A DNA stretch of 63,735 nt, counting the filler, from Octopus bimaculoides (Eukaryota): assembly GCF_001194135.2 (NCBI RefSeq). It is 11 parts of 11 records of this genome, joined end to end, with 100 filler letters (N's around TTAATTAATTAA, not from the genome) between each part and the next. Parts side by side here need not be neighbours in the genome. Positions count along the whole stretch, not along the records: positions 1 to 7,821 come from NC_068981.1; positions 7,922 to 10,582 come from NC_069005.1; positions 10,683 to 22,284 come from NC_068982.1; 8 more parts are not named here. One strand, written 5' to 3'. Shown one piece after another: positions 1 through 12,602 of the stretch. Position numbers and translations under genes: made by a program. Below the pieces are notes generated by a model. That model had not been told where the DNA came from. It searched no databases and saw only the letters and a program-made list of their open reading frames with translations. Each line of letters opens with the position of its first letter. Position 1 is the first letter of the stretch.

Positions 1-499
1 GATGTTCTATTGAAACGCCTTATTACTCTGATATAAGAAAGCAATTTCGTTATAACTGCCACAGAAGATGTATTTTCCATCACGAAAAAGTACAAAAACT
101 GTCAGCTGGAGGAGGGAGGGATTGTTGGAGGTTGACGAGAAAGGTTTTCGGAGGTTGGTAAGAGAGGTTGTCGTTCACAGAACTATTGTTTTACCGTGAG
201 AAAAGCGCTGTTGAAGTGTTAAGTGAAATTTGGCAATCGAGGTTCGAATCCACGCTATGCCTGCATGAAGCCACTACAAATACGTTGTGGAAAATAAAAA
301 CTTATCTACTGTCATGGAGAAAGTGTAACTGTAAAAATGCAGAATTATCGGAGTAATGAGCATTCAAAAAAGTATGTATGTATAGAAATGTATGAATGAA
401 GAGATTCAAATTAAGGAAGTACAATAATAATATTTTGCAGTTCGAAACTGAGTAGTGAAATGCAGAATTAGGTCAGCTGATCGTGAGAATTCAATAGTG

Positions 500-1041
500 A
501 TCGCTTCGCTAAAATCTGCAAGTGGTATGGGTTATTTCCCTTGACTTGTTTAAATAAAATATTAGTAATATGTAGTAGATAGGAGGATTCATTGGATGGA
601 CCCTATTATCGATCTTTTTCAACAATCTAAGTATGTTACGAGGTTTCCAGACATGAGTTCTACTCACGTGTCAACTAAAGTAAAAACGGGATATTGTCTG
701 CAAAAATTAGAAATTGGACACACAAAAATCAATATTCAAAGTAATCGAACATAAACAATGAAATGGGTTATTTCCCTTGAGTGTTTAAAAATATATTGTG
801 CAGATGCTATGGGTTATTTCCCTTGGGTGTTTAAAAAAGTTAGTTATATGAGGTAGATATAAAGGTCCCTTCCCGAGGCCATATTATCGATTTTTTTCAA
901 CAATCTAAGTTTGTCACAAGGTTTGCAGACATGAGTTCTACTCACATGTCAAGTTTCATCAAAATCAATAAAACGATGTAGGAGGAGTTAGATAACAACG
1001 CCACAAACAAACAGGCACCGATTTTCCACATATATAGTAGA
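500..1041 (-). mobile_element. Non-autonomous Helitron-like element with internal tandem duplication
   Basis: Minus-strand start a|TCTACTATATAT at 1041; internal unit atgggttatttccctt...caacaatctaagt...gacatgagttctactcac repeated; 3' end not identified. Confidence 0.5.
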
Positions 1042-1049
1042 TATATATA

Positions 1050-1264
1050 TTTCATTTCTTTGACTTGTTTCAGTCATTTGACTGCGGCCATGCTGGAGCA
1101 CCGCCTTTAATCGAACAAATCGACTACAGGACTTGTTCTTTGTAAGCCTGGTGCTTTTTCTATCGGTCGCTTTTGCAGAACCGTTAAGTCACGGGGACGT
1201 AAACACACCAACATCAGTTGTCAAGCGATGGTGGGGGACAGACACACACACACACAAATATATA

Positions 1265-1297
<33 letters not shown>

Positions 1298-1744
1298 NNN
1301 NNNNNNNNNNNNNNNNNNNNNNNNNNNNNNNNNNNNNNNNNNNNNNNNNNNNNNNNNNNNNNNNNNNNNNNNNNNNNNNNNNNNNNNNNNNNNNNNNNNN
1401 NNNNNNNNNNNNNNNNNNNNNNNNNNNNNNNNNNNNNNNNNNNNNNNNNNNNNNNNNNNNNNNNNNNNNNNNNNNNNNNNNNNNNNNNNNNNNNNNNNNN
1501 NNNNNNNNNNNNNNNNNNNNNNNNNNNNNNNNNNNNNNNNNNNNNNNNNNNNNNNNNNNNNNNNNNNNNNNNNNNNNNNNATATAAACGACGGCTTTTTT
1601 TCGGTGTCCGTCTACCAAATCCATTTACATGGCTTTGGTCGGCCCGAGGTTATAGTAGAAAACACTTGCCCAAGGTAACACGCTATGAGACTGAACCCAG
1701 AACCATGTGGTTGGGAAGCAACCTTCTTACCACACACCCTGCGT
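1050..1744 (-). mobile_element. tRNA-derived SINE family A (internal microsatellite and gap)
   Basis: Head gtgtggtaag...ggttcagt, body gggccgaccaaagccttgtgagtggatttggtagacggaaac, tail ggcggtgctccagcatggccgcagtcaaatgactgaaac. Other pieces at 1966-2135, 7646-7720, 38417-38628, 43346-43540, 49990-50216, 52490-53104, 54280-54490 and 54563-54648. Confidence 0.85.
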
Positions 1745-2240
1745 CTGTTTCAAATTTTGGAACAAGTCCAGGAATTTTGGGGGAGGGGCAAGTCGATCAC
1801 ATCGACTCCATTGCTCAATTGGTACTTATTTTAATCGACTCCAAAAGGATGAAAGGTAAAGTCGACATCGGCGGAATTTGAATTCAGAACGTAAAGACGG
1901 ACGAAAGCATCTTGCTCAGCGTGCTAACGATTCTGCCAGCTCACCTTTCATATATATATATATATCGGATGCGACATGCCTGATGGTTAAGGAGTTCGCA
2001 CTTTGCAATCACGAGGTCCCGGGTTCGATCCTACAGTTTGAGCAATTGTCATTTGCTATAGTCTCAGGTGTTGATTCAGGCTTTGTGAGAAAAAGACTTG
2101 TTAGGCAGAAACTGTTTGGAAGCCTGTCATATAAAATGACTTGTTCGAACGCTCCACCTTGTTACACTTTGTGTCGCGCTGATTGTACCATCGTTGAAAT
2201 CGACTGTGATCCACATGTGCGCGCGTACGCTGGTGTATAT

Positions 2241-2291
<51 letters not shown>

Positions 2292-2316
2292 ATAGTAGTA
2301 GTAGTAGTAGTAGTAG

Positions 2317-2354
<38 letters not shown>

Positions 2355-4670
2355 CTTGTTGTAAGGTAAGAAGAACGCGTGAGGAAACGATGTCAGTGAG
2401 CAAGTTAAATTGGAGAATAATGAAAAACTCTGAAGCCTGGGTAGAAATGAAATATTGCACCAGTCATAAGCCTTCTGGCTAATTTAATTTGAGATTGTAT
2501 TTTCCAGTCGTAGAATATCAGTTTTATTTATTTATTTTTTTGTTTTTGTTTTGTTTTTGCTTTTTGTTTTTCTCAAATTCTGCTGTTTTACTAAATTTGC
2601 AATTACTTAATAGTTAATAAATTGTTAATTATATTTNNNNNNNNNNNNNNNNNNNNNNNNNNNNNNNNNNNNNNNNNNNNNNNNNNNNNNNNNNNNNNNN
2701 NNNNNNNNNNNNNNNNNNNNNNNNNNNNNNNNNNNNNNNNNNNNNNNNNNNNNNNNNNNNNNNNNNNNNNNNNNNNNNNNNNNNNNNNNNNNNNNNNNNN
2801 NNNNNNNNNNNNNNNNNNNNNNNNNNNNNNNNNNNNNNNNNNNNNNNNNNNNNNNNNNNNNNNNNNNNNNNNNNNNNNNNNNNNNNNNNNNNNNNNNNNN
2901 NNNNNNNNNNNNNNNNNNNNNNNNNNNNNNNNNNNNNNNNNNNNNNNNNNNNNNNNNNNNNNNNNNNNNNNNNNNNNNNNNNNNNNNNNNNNNNNNNNNN
3001 NNNNCAAATTCCGTCGTCAATTTTGCCTTTCGGGGGCCGAAAAAATAAGTACCAGTTGAGCTGTGGGTTGATATTATCGACTAAATTCCCCCTCCAAAAT
3101 TTCAAGTCTTGTGTCTAAAGTAGAAAGAATTCTTCGCAAATAAAGATAATTTTTTTAAGCGATGTTTAACGGCCATGCTAATACATTGCTCAAACCTGCT
3201 ATGTTTCGGTGATTTTTATCACCACAACACCAAAAGTAATTACTTAATCAACGAGTCTGTCTAGCACAGATCGTTATTAATGTAACACGTTAGGTGAGAA
3301 ACAGTACTTTTTTTTTTGTTACACATGTATATTGCGTGGTTTAAAGTACTTCGAAGAATAGCTGTAATACAATCAGCCAGCAAAAATAGTACAAAGTTAA
3401 GTGAATTATAACAATTGTAACACAATACCTCAGTCACGGCTACTTTACTTTCAGGAGGAACGTGATATGAAAAACCCGTTTCGAAAATGTTTGTAAATGT
3501 ATTTATGTATTCTTTTATTTATTTATTTCTATTTATACATTTATTTATTTATTTATCTATAGATATCTTATTATCCTTATTATTCATACCCCATATCTCG
3601 CCCCTTTTTCTTTTTTTTTTTTTTAGTGAATAGTTTTGATACCTGCTATTTATGTTATAAAAATACCGAACAACTGAAAGCTGTTCTATGCTTAACACAT
3701 GTACCCAGCTTAACACCCAGCTTAACACATATTAACACGAAAATGCATATTCACATGCAAATATATCACATTGTACATTGGACATCAACGCTTTTACATT
3801 TGCACTTATAATAATTTATGAATTTGGTTTGTTAATAAATGTTAAAGTAATAGTTTAAAAAAAGCTGGAGTTTTCAACCAAAGACATCATCTCTATTTCA
3901 CTCGTTTTGTGCAAATCAAATAAGTTGACAGAACAGCGAAAATATCCAATGCTATTCTAAAATTCAATGTATTACCCTCCACTGTTATTATTTAAATTCT
4001 ATTGATGGAACTTTGTTTCTCATTTAAAAACAAAATCTTTGTTTTAAGGAAGATTTCGAATAATATATATATTTTATTGTCTATGTGGAAAAATTTGTAA
4101 ATCCTTGGTAGACTAAAGAGTCATTTCCGGTTTCATAACACGTAGATTATCTCTAAGCATTTTTTAGTAATTTTAAACTGTAAATATTCAGCTCCATACT
4201 ACCTGCGAATTTGTATGTTGTTAGTTTATATATATATATATATNNNNNNNNNNNNNNNNNNNNNNNNNNNNNNNNNNNNNNNNNNNNNNNNNNNNNNNNN
4301 NNNNNNNNNNNNNNNNNNNNNNNNNNNNNNNNNNNNNNNNNNNNNNNNNNNNNNNNNNNNNNNNNNNNNNNNNNNNNNNNNNNNNNNNNNNNNNNNNNNN
4401 NNNNNNNNNNNNNNNNNNNNNNNNNNNNNNNNNNNNNNNNNNNNNNNNNNNNNNNNNNNNNNNNNNNNNNNNNNNNNNNNNNNNNNNNNNNNNNNNNNNN
4501 NNNNNNNNNNNNNNNNNNNNNNNNNNNNNNNNNNNNNNNNNNNNNNNNNNNNNNNNNNNNNNNNNNNNNNNNNNNNNNNNNNNNNNNNNNNNNNNNNNNN
4601 NNNNNNNNNNNNNNNNNNNNNNNNNNNNNNNNNNNNNNNNNNNNNNNNNNNNNNNNNNNNNNNNNNNNNN

Positions 4671-4712
<42 letters not shown>

Positions 4713-5509
4713 TATATGTATGTATGTATTTATGCATGCATACATACATACATACAAATAAGAAGACGAGAAAAAGTTTAACATATCCTTATTACTAGTT
4801 ATAATTGTGTTTCGATACCACTCCGTTTTTACGGTCATTCATTTAAATGATTTCATGTGAAAAGTTACGTAGTATTTGCGGTTGATTACATTGTCGTGGT
4901 ACTTTATCAGACTTGCATCAAAAGGTGGCACAAGCAATGATATTATAAACGGAATACCGAAACAGCCGTAACTAATAAAAATATACTAAATTCTTTTTCG
5001 TCTTCTTATTTGGAGTATATTACTTTTCGTAAGACTTACACACTGGATTTACCGGCGATGTTCCTAGATTTTCTACACTAGTGGAATTTCAATCTTCCTA
5101 GAGACTCCAATAGAAGGGTACAGGTAGCCAAGAGTTCGAATTAACTGCTGCACTGGAAATACTCTGAATTTCTACCCTATTAATTTGAACAGCAAACACG
5201 GAGAGTGGTAAACTCGCATACTGGAATACTGTTCAAGATAAATTCTTGATTTATTGGCATTATTTTCACTTCAGGAGAAAGCAAACACCTAGAAACGATT
5301 TCAGCCGACTTCAAAGAATTAAGAATTCTGTATAAACGCACCATTAAAGAATAGACACAAAAGGATTGCTGTGAATACGAGTTTCTGCACCGATAGCTAT
5401 CACCAGTACAGTATTACTGTACTTTGACTCCAGCCAGACACGACTTGGATATATACGAAGAGTAGAGAGCAGTTATGCCCTCACTACCCCCACACTCTCT
5501 CTTTCTTTC

Positions 5510-5556
<47 letters not shown>

Positions 5557-6472
5557 NNNNNNNNNNCATACATACATACATACATACATACATACATACA
5601 TACACATGTAACTCACACACAAGAGTATGCATATAGAAACACATGCATATTCTCTATAGACTCTCAAGCTTAAAGAGATGAAAGGAATATTCAGTTGTAA
5701 AAAAAAAAAATGAAAATACTAAGATACAACAAACATACTTTCTTGTTCTTTATGAAGCATGGCTGCAAAATAGCAGAATTTTTACATTCACATCTTGTTT
5801 GTATTGCTGGTGTTAGTGCTAGTGATACTCTGATGTTGTTGGTAGTGGTGATTGTGGAAATGAAAAAGGTGGTAGAGGTGGGACTGTTGGTTGTCCTGGT
5901 GGTAGAGCCAGCACTGTTGATAGTGTTCTTGGTGTTATTGCTGATAGTGCTGGTGGGAGTAATGTTGATAGGTCTTGTAATAGTTGTTGTTGGCGGTGTT
6001 AGTTTTGGTTATGGTGGTTATAGTAATGGAAATAATAGTGTTGACGTGTTTTTTTATTATCATGTTGGTGGCTTGTAGTTATATTATGGTGGTTAAGTTT
6101 CGTGGGGCCTGAAAAAAGTCTTGTTCCGCGTTCCAAAGTTTCTCCCGGTTGCAGAGGAGTATTAGTAGAGAGTATAAAGTTTTTTGTTAGTGTAAGTAGT
6201 ACTGCTTTGTTGTGTGGTCTGTGTGCTTGTGTGTGTGTGTGTGTGNNNNNNNNNNNNNNNNNNNNNNNNNNNNNNNNNNNNNNNNNNNNNNNNNNNNNNN
6301 NNNNNNNNNNNNNNNNNNNNNNNNNNNNNNNNNNNNNNNNNNNNNNNNNNNNNNNNNNNNNNNNNNNNNNNNNNNNNNNNNNNNNNNNNNNNNNNNNNNN
6401 NNNNNNNNNNNNNNNNNNNNNTGTATGTATGTATGTATGTTTGTATGTATGTATGTTTGTATGTATGTATAT

Positions 6473-7645
6473 GGTTCTAGGTCAACTGATACCAGGACAA
6501 CTCATTCCCGGAAAACTCATATCGGACAACTCATAACAGGTGTAAATATTTTCACTTAAAAAAATAACCCACTGAATGATAGTTATTAAAAAAGTAAATA
6601 GCCAAGTTTTTAGTTTATAAGCGTAACAATGATCGTTTAAACTCTCTAACTATTGACTAGCATCCTTTAAATTTCATGCTAGTTACTGTTTGTCCAGCAA
6701 ACAACTCACAAACGGTCATCATAACTTTTCAACGAAATTTTTTTCTTTCTATAGTTTGTACTTATCAAGTCGGTTTTGTACTTGTTAACTTTTCAACTGT
6801 TATAAAATTTTCTTTAGCCCTCACAGTGCCATATTATATAAAATATCAACGAGGAGCTAATAAGCTTGTGGATGATAACAACTGCGTATATAATTTTCAC
6901 AGACAGAGTGCAGATAAATCAAGAAAAGTATGGCTATGTGAAGTAAAGATGTGCAGAGCGCGCGTTCAGATGATGACTGAGGAGAACCCTTTAGAAATAG
7001 TATCTTCAACAGGGGAACACTTTCACAGCGCTGATGTGAATGAAGTGAAATCGAGAATTGTCCTCGGTTTTATAAAAGCCAAACCTTTGTCATCACAAGA
7101 GCGCAAGAAATTGTGATTGCGACAGAATGTTCTTCTCTACAAGATGAGGCGTTGGCTGGACTGCCTGCAACATTAAGTTTATCACGGAGTATTCGTCGGT
7201 GGCGACAGCAGAATAATAGTGCTCCCCCTATTCCATCAGAAAGATATGGCTTTGATATCCTGCTAGAGTACTGCTAATTTGAATCAGGGGAAATATTTTT
7301 GCAAAATGATACTGGCGTAGAAGATAAGGAAAGAATGCTAATTTTCGCCTCATCAATAGAGCTGGATGATCTTGTCAAAATTCGTGATTGGCCTGGCGAT
7401 GGTATATATATATCCAATTATATACAATCAGCATTCAAATAGGTAATTTGAATGTACCTCTTGTTTTCGCATTGTTACCCAACAAGCGGCAAGCAACTTA
7501 TGATCGGTTGTTTTCTCAGCTAGTTACTCTTCGCCCTAAAAGGTATATGATGGACTTCGACAAAACCCCCACAAATAGCTTTATTTCAAGATTTCCTGAC
7601 ATAGAGGTAAATGGCTGTTTATTTTTATTTTTCTCAAAAACTCTA
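6473..7645 (+). mobile_element. Decayed Mutator-like (MULE, Phantom-type) transposon with FLYWCH and DDE remnants; 3' part lost
   Basis: Left end has four tandem GGACAACTCAT-like motifs. FLYWCH-like VWLCEVKMCRARV...GEHFH. MULE domain QLYTISIQIGNLNVPLVFALLPNKRQATYDRLF...MMDFDK...VNGCLF. Stops and frameshifts present; truncated at a SINE tail at 7646. Confidence 0.8.
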
Positions 7646-7821
7646 CCTGGGGTCGATTTGCTCGACTAAAGGCGGTGTTCCAGCATGGCCGCAGTCAAAT
7701 GACTGAAACAAATAAAAGAGTAAAAAGAGTATACACACAGACGCTCATATATGTGTGCGTAATGCCTAATTTAAAAACTGTTCTCTGTGGAACTAGTATA
7801 TGTATTATACGTGTATATATA

Positions 7822-7921
7822 NNNNNNNNNNNNNNNNNNNNNNNNNNNNNNNNNNNNNNNNNNNNTTAATTAATTAANNNNNNNNNNNNNNNNNNNNNNN
7901 NNNNNNNNNNNNNNNNNNNNN
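7822..7921. other. Synthetic scaffold-join linker (44 N + TTAATTAATTAA + 44 N); one of ten
   Basis: Identical 12-mer with stops in all six frames at 7866, 10627, 22329, 30709, 38673, 40735, 42860, 46587, 49411 and 62508. Confidence 0.95.
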
Positions 7922-8341
7922 CTCTATATTATATGTTGAGCGCGTGTGTAAGAACACCGTTCCAGGTAGAAGGGAAGAAATATAAAAGTTGCTAGAAACA
8001 ACAGCCAAATCTCCCTTAAATCACACAAAGTAAATGGAATTTAAAAGATCTAATTACTGCACTGGAAAGTTCACATTGAGAAAATTCCATTGATGTAAAA
8101 AAATTTTACGAAAAAGTGGAGAATGTGGATTTCCACAGATGCAACACATACACACACACACACACACATACACACACACACTCACAAACTCAGCTATATT
8201 TCCAAATTATAGGAGGATTACTTTTACAATTTCTTTAAAGGACAGTATACATTTTAATATTTTCAATATTTTTAATATTTTAATTAATATCACCTTATTA
8301 TATACACCATTCATTCTTAACACATATATTATAATTCCATT

Positions 8342-8428
8342 CATCTCCGAAGAGCGGAATTATTGCCAGTATGCTTATTTTTTATTACATTGTGGTTGCA
8401 ATAATGTCCGTGAAACGATCGTCAGATG
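8342..8428 (+). ncRNA. Type-I hammerhead ribozyme, U4C core variant, long helix II
   Basis: Helix I CATCT(8342-46)/AGATG(8424-28); core CCGAAGA(8347-53); helix II GCGGA-ATTATTGC/GCAATAAT-g-TCCGT (13 bp, 1 bulge); GAA; helix III palindrome ACGATCGT(8415-22); predicted cleavage after GUC at C8423. Confidence 0.75.
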
Positions 8429-8959
8429 TTTAATATCTTTATTTTTAGACTTTATAATATTTATGCTCAATTACGCATAAATTTTTATATGCATTTATAT
8501 ACACATGTATCTTTATGTACATTTATATTTTTATATATATTTATATTTCGTATATCTTAAATTTTAATTTAATTATAATTCAAAATATTACCATGTCATA
8601 TTAGACATATATCTTTTGAAATTTTAATATTGATTTCCTATGAATATTATTGATAATTTTATAAATTTATTAATGATATAAAAACACACATATATATATA
8701 TTTATTTGCTCAAAATAATAGAGCACTTAATATAAGTTCAGTCACATATTCTTTTAGAATATTCCTTATAAAATTTATATATATACATATATATATGTAT
8801 GTATGTGTACATGCATGCAATGGGAGTCACTGTTGGATCCCTGGAAAGTATTGTTTCCTCAACTGCACGTAGCATGCATGCATTATAGATAGATAGCATG
8901 TATGTATGGTTGATAAGTAGATAACACTGTAACAAAATTTATTTTTTTTTGTCTTTGGT

Positions 8960-10143
8960 CAATAAATGTTACTTCCTATTTGCTTCTATCTAGAAATCAA
9001 AGGGAATAACTACTATTCCCTTCAAACTTTGTGTTTGTGATCTGGACGTAAAGGCAAGTGAAAATGTACTCTCTGACAGCTGATCCAGGAGCCTCAAAGT
9101 TGAGCTGCTTCATAACAGTTGGTACATTATTGGAGACTTGAAGATGATGGTCTTCGTGATGGATCTCCTTGGTAGCTTTACCAAGTTTCCATGTTATCTT
9201 TGTCTTGGGGATAGTAGGGACACTGCAGCACAATATCACAGGTAGCACTGGTCACAGTGGATCGAGTTCAGTGTGGGAAGTCACTGTTGGACCTCTGGAA
9301 AGTTTGTTTCCTCCACTGCACATAAAATTGGGCCTTATGAAGCAGTTTGTTGTAGCTCTAGATAAGGAGTCTGCAGCCTTCAAGTAGCTTCAAGACTTCT
9401 TCCCTAAGCTGTCTGAGGTAAAAGTCAAAGCCTGTGTCTTTGTCAGGCCACAATTAAAGATCATAGAGTGCAAGGAAGTCTCAAAGAAGTTCACTTGGAT
9501 GGAGAAACCAGCATGGAACAGTTTTATTAGTGTTTTGGGGGCTTCCTGGGGAATCAGAAGGCCCAAGACTAGGTGGAGCTTGTTGAGACCTTGGTGAAAA
9601 ACTATGACAAAGTAGGCTGCAGGATGTCCCTCAGAGTCTATACCCTTGATGCTTATCTTGATAAATTCAAGGAGAATATGGGGGTGTACCCAGAAGAGCT
9701 AGGCAAGTACTTTCCCCAGGACATGCAGGACTTTGAATGTTGCTAACAAGAATCATATAACAAAAACATGATGTGAGACCATATTTGGGGGCTGATTCAA
9801 GAAAGTAATTTACAGAATAAGCATAAATCACAAAAAACTACTCACTTCTAAGTCTTTTATGGTTTCTCTTGTGTAATCTTAGAATAAATGCCGTTTTGTC
9901 CTCCTACTTAGTGTTAATGAGAATGTTCACATTCACCAGTTTTCCCAATGGAATAGGTAAATTTTAGAAATATCATTATTAGCAAATGCACTGTTCGATT
10001 CCATAGAGAAGGATTCTTTGAGCTTTGAATAAATATAATAAAAGCAAAGTTTGAATGAAATATTAGCCATTTTTCATACTTTCTAGAGGTAAGTAAATAG
10101 GAAATAACAGTTGCTAGCCAAGAACGAATGATGTTACACAATG
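8960..10143 (+). mobile_element. Decayed DNA transposon, Chapaev-3-like transposase remnant
   Basis: Fragments WYIIGDLKMM...FTKFPCYLCLGDSR, FPPLHIKLGLMKQFVVALDK, FPKLSEVKVKACVF, VGCRMSLRVYTLDAYLD; ends ...gttacacaatg. Superfamily name is from recall. Confidence 0.7.
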
Positions 10144-10786
10144 TAATGTATCTTTCCACTCTCTGCCCTCCAACCTGTTCTATCATTTATATTAAAGGCA
10201 TGCATACATGATATGCTTCCCTGGCAACTATTCTCGCCTTTATATGTTGTTTTGATGTTTCATGTTGTGCTTATGTATGTGCATGTATGTTTATGTGTGT
10301 GTGTGTATGACTGTACATTTGTATATGTGTGTGTTATCATCATTTAATGTCCACATTTCCATGTTTGGAATTGTCAGACAGAATTTATTGAGGCAGATTT
10401 TCTACAGCCAGATAGATACCTTTCCTGTCATCAAACCTCACCTGTTTCAAAGCAAGGTAATATTTCTCAGTGGTTAGAAATGTTTTTCATAGAAGACTCG
10501 AAATAAACACTGTTGCTAGTATGACTGTGATGCTCATTTACAACCATGATATTGAAACAACAGTACACACACACACACACACNNNNNNNNNNNNNNNNNN
10601 NNNNNNNNNNNNNNNNNNNNNNNNNNTTAATTAATTAANNNNNNNNNNNNNNNNNNNNNNNNNNNNNNNNNNNNNNNNNNNNATATATATATACATATTT
10701 GAAATTTATAGAAAAACAAAAGACGAAGACAGGTGTCTGAACAACAAGCTGGTGTATATTAGTTTGACGCTCGCGAAAGTGAGAAA

Positions 10787-10825
10787 GTCTTTTACGTTTC
10801 GAGCCTACGCTCTTCAACAGAAAGC
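10787..10825 (-). ncRNA. Hammerhead-like motif, A6U core variant, in a short dispersed repeat (about 10690-10870)
   Basis: Reverse complement: gcttt-CTGTTGA-A-GAGC-gtag-GCTC-GAAAC-GTA-aaagac. Helix I cttt/aaag; helix III reduced to the ACGT palindrome. Confidence 0.55.
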
Positions 10826-12475
10826 AATAAGAGAAAATAAACACAGAGAGAATGAAAAATCTTGTGGATTTAGAGGTCAAGTATATATATAAACAATGTA
10901 TAAAACATTGGATGGTCATGGTTAGAATGCTTTGATAGTATTCTCAGTCATGGTTGAGATGAGATTAAACAACAACATTGCCGTATTTAGTTACCTTCTT
11001 TTACTTTCTAAGTACAAATTCCAAAAAGATTAGTCTTTCATTATACTATTGGAATTATAATCAATACCAATACGGTAAAGAATGGTTCATGGATGGAAAT
11101 TTCCCTTTTTTCCCAGTTTTTTTCCATTCTGAGTTCAAATCCCATCGATTTCGATTTTTCATTTCATTCTTTCACTCTTTTAGGGACGATGAAATAAGCC
11201 AGGTACAGAAGTGGATATAATTGACTGTTTTCTTTCCCAAAATTTCTTGTGTTGCGCCTCTATAAGAAATGTTTGCAATGAATACCAATCAATTAATATC
11301 TTAGTAAATCACAAGGATTTAATTTATCTCGGTAACTATCTCTCCAATTTTAAGCGGATCATAGTGAAATATTCCCCTGGCTAAGACGCTGATATGTTAC
11401 AGAAACAAACGAATTCATCATTGTAAAGCGAACAAGTTATTGTCAAATCAGTGGAGACCTCTAACTAATCCGCCGTACCTGTTTACAGCTCAGTAGACTG
11501 ACTGAGTAATGTAAGACTTGACTTCTTTGGTCAGAAACATAACATGGTACCGAAAACATGATACATATAATCGATTACTCAGTTGATTGTCAGTTAACTA
11601 TTTTATCCCTTGCTAAAATATTGGGCCATTTTCCCACGTTAGAAAATCAATGTTCTCATTTATGAAGACAGTACATCTTTATAATTCGACTGGTTAACAA
11701 CTCTCATACGGTACCTTTTAACTTGTGTAGACAATTTAATTGCTTTATTTAATTGCAAACAACATAGAGGTTTTTCAATTATTTAAGGACAATTTTATTT
11801 CCAATTAGTTATACTATTCCATCCCATCAAATGATTATAACTTGTGAGCAATTTACCATTACTTATATTCTGTTGTTTATCTACTTTCTTTGTTGCTTCA
11901 TTTGTCAACGCTAAAGTATTGAAGTTTTCAAAAATGAATAATATTAGAATTATGCTTACGGCCTTGCATGTTAAATATTGTTTATTACATAGTTGGAAGT
12001 TTATACTGGTTTAGCTTCGAGCTCTATTATGTTCTAACAAATTAATAATGTGAAATCATTTAAAATCTGTATATTTGCGAAAAGTACTAAAGAGTAAAGC
12101 ATAAACATCAACCAAAAGAACAGATATCTTTGCATTAGCGATAACCTTGTAGATAGTTAACAGGGGGATGCTGTTTCATTTGCAGGTTGAAACTAGAACC
12201 ATATGATAAAATACACACGTTTGGGGTGGGGATGCGTGTCGCAATGTGAGAGTTATAAAATATATCAAAATACAAGAAGAGAAGAGCATTGTAGTTTGCT
12301 TGAAGCATTGTGAAACAGAAGTAAAATATCAAATAATGAAAACGTAGAGCTCCTATCCTTCTTTGCATTATAAGAAGCTCTCCATCTTCGTTATTTGTTA
12401 TATTAAGATATATTTGACATAGTTCAAACCTTCTCTGATACAGAACTCAATATGTTTAGTAAAGTGGAAAGCTAT

Positions 12476-12602
12476 ATATTATATCAAATGTCGACAGTCC
12501 ATTCTGAGTTTCGCTCGAAGCTGGGCTGTTCGTGATTGTTGCAAACAGCTCGGCTTGAGACGAAACTAAGAGTAGACAATCAACTATTAGTATAATATGT
12601 AC
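12476..12602. repeat. Imperfect palindrome of about 125 nt (arms of about 55-60 bp)
   Basis: tctgagtttcgctcgaagctgggctgtt pairs with aacagctcggcttgagacgaaactaaga, extending more loosely outward; many G-U-compatible differences. Confidence 0.75.

Noticed and set aside
5710-6078. Hydrophobic 122-aa ORF
   Set aside because: Low-complexity (GTT/GGT)-rich decayed microsatellite; no GPCR motifs, not the missing TM exon.
6970-7010. CTGAGGA...GAAAT-A-GTA inside the MULE ORF
   Set aside because: No helix II; coincidental match within coding sequence.
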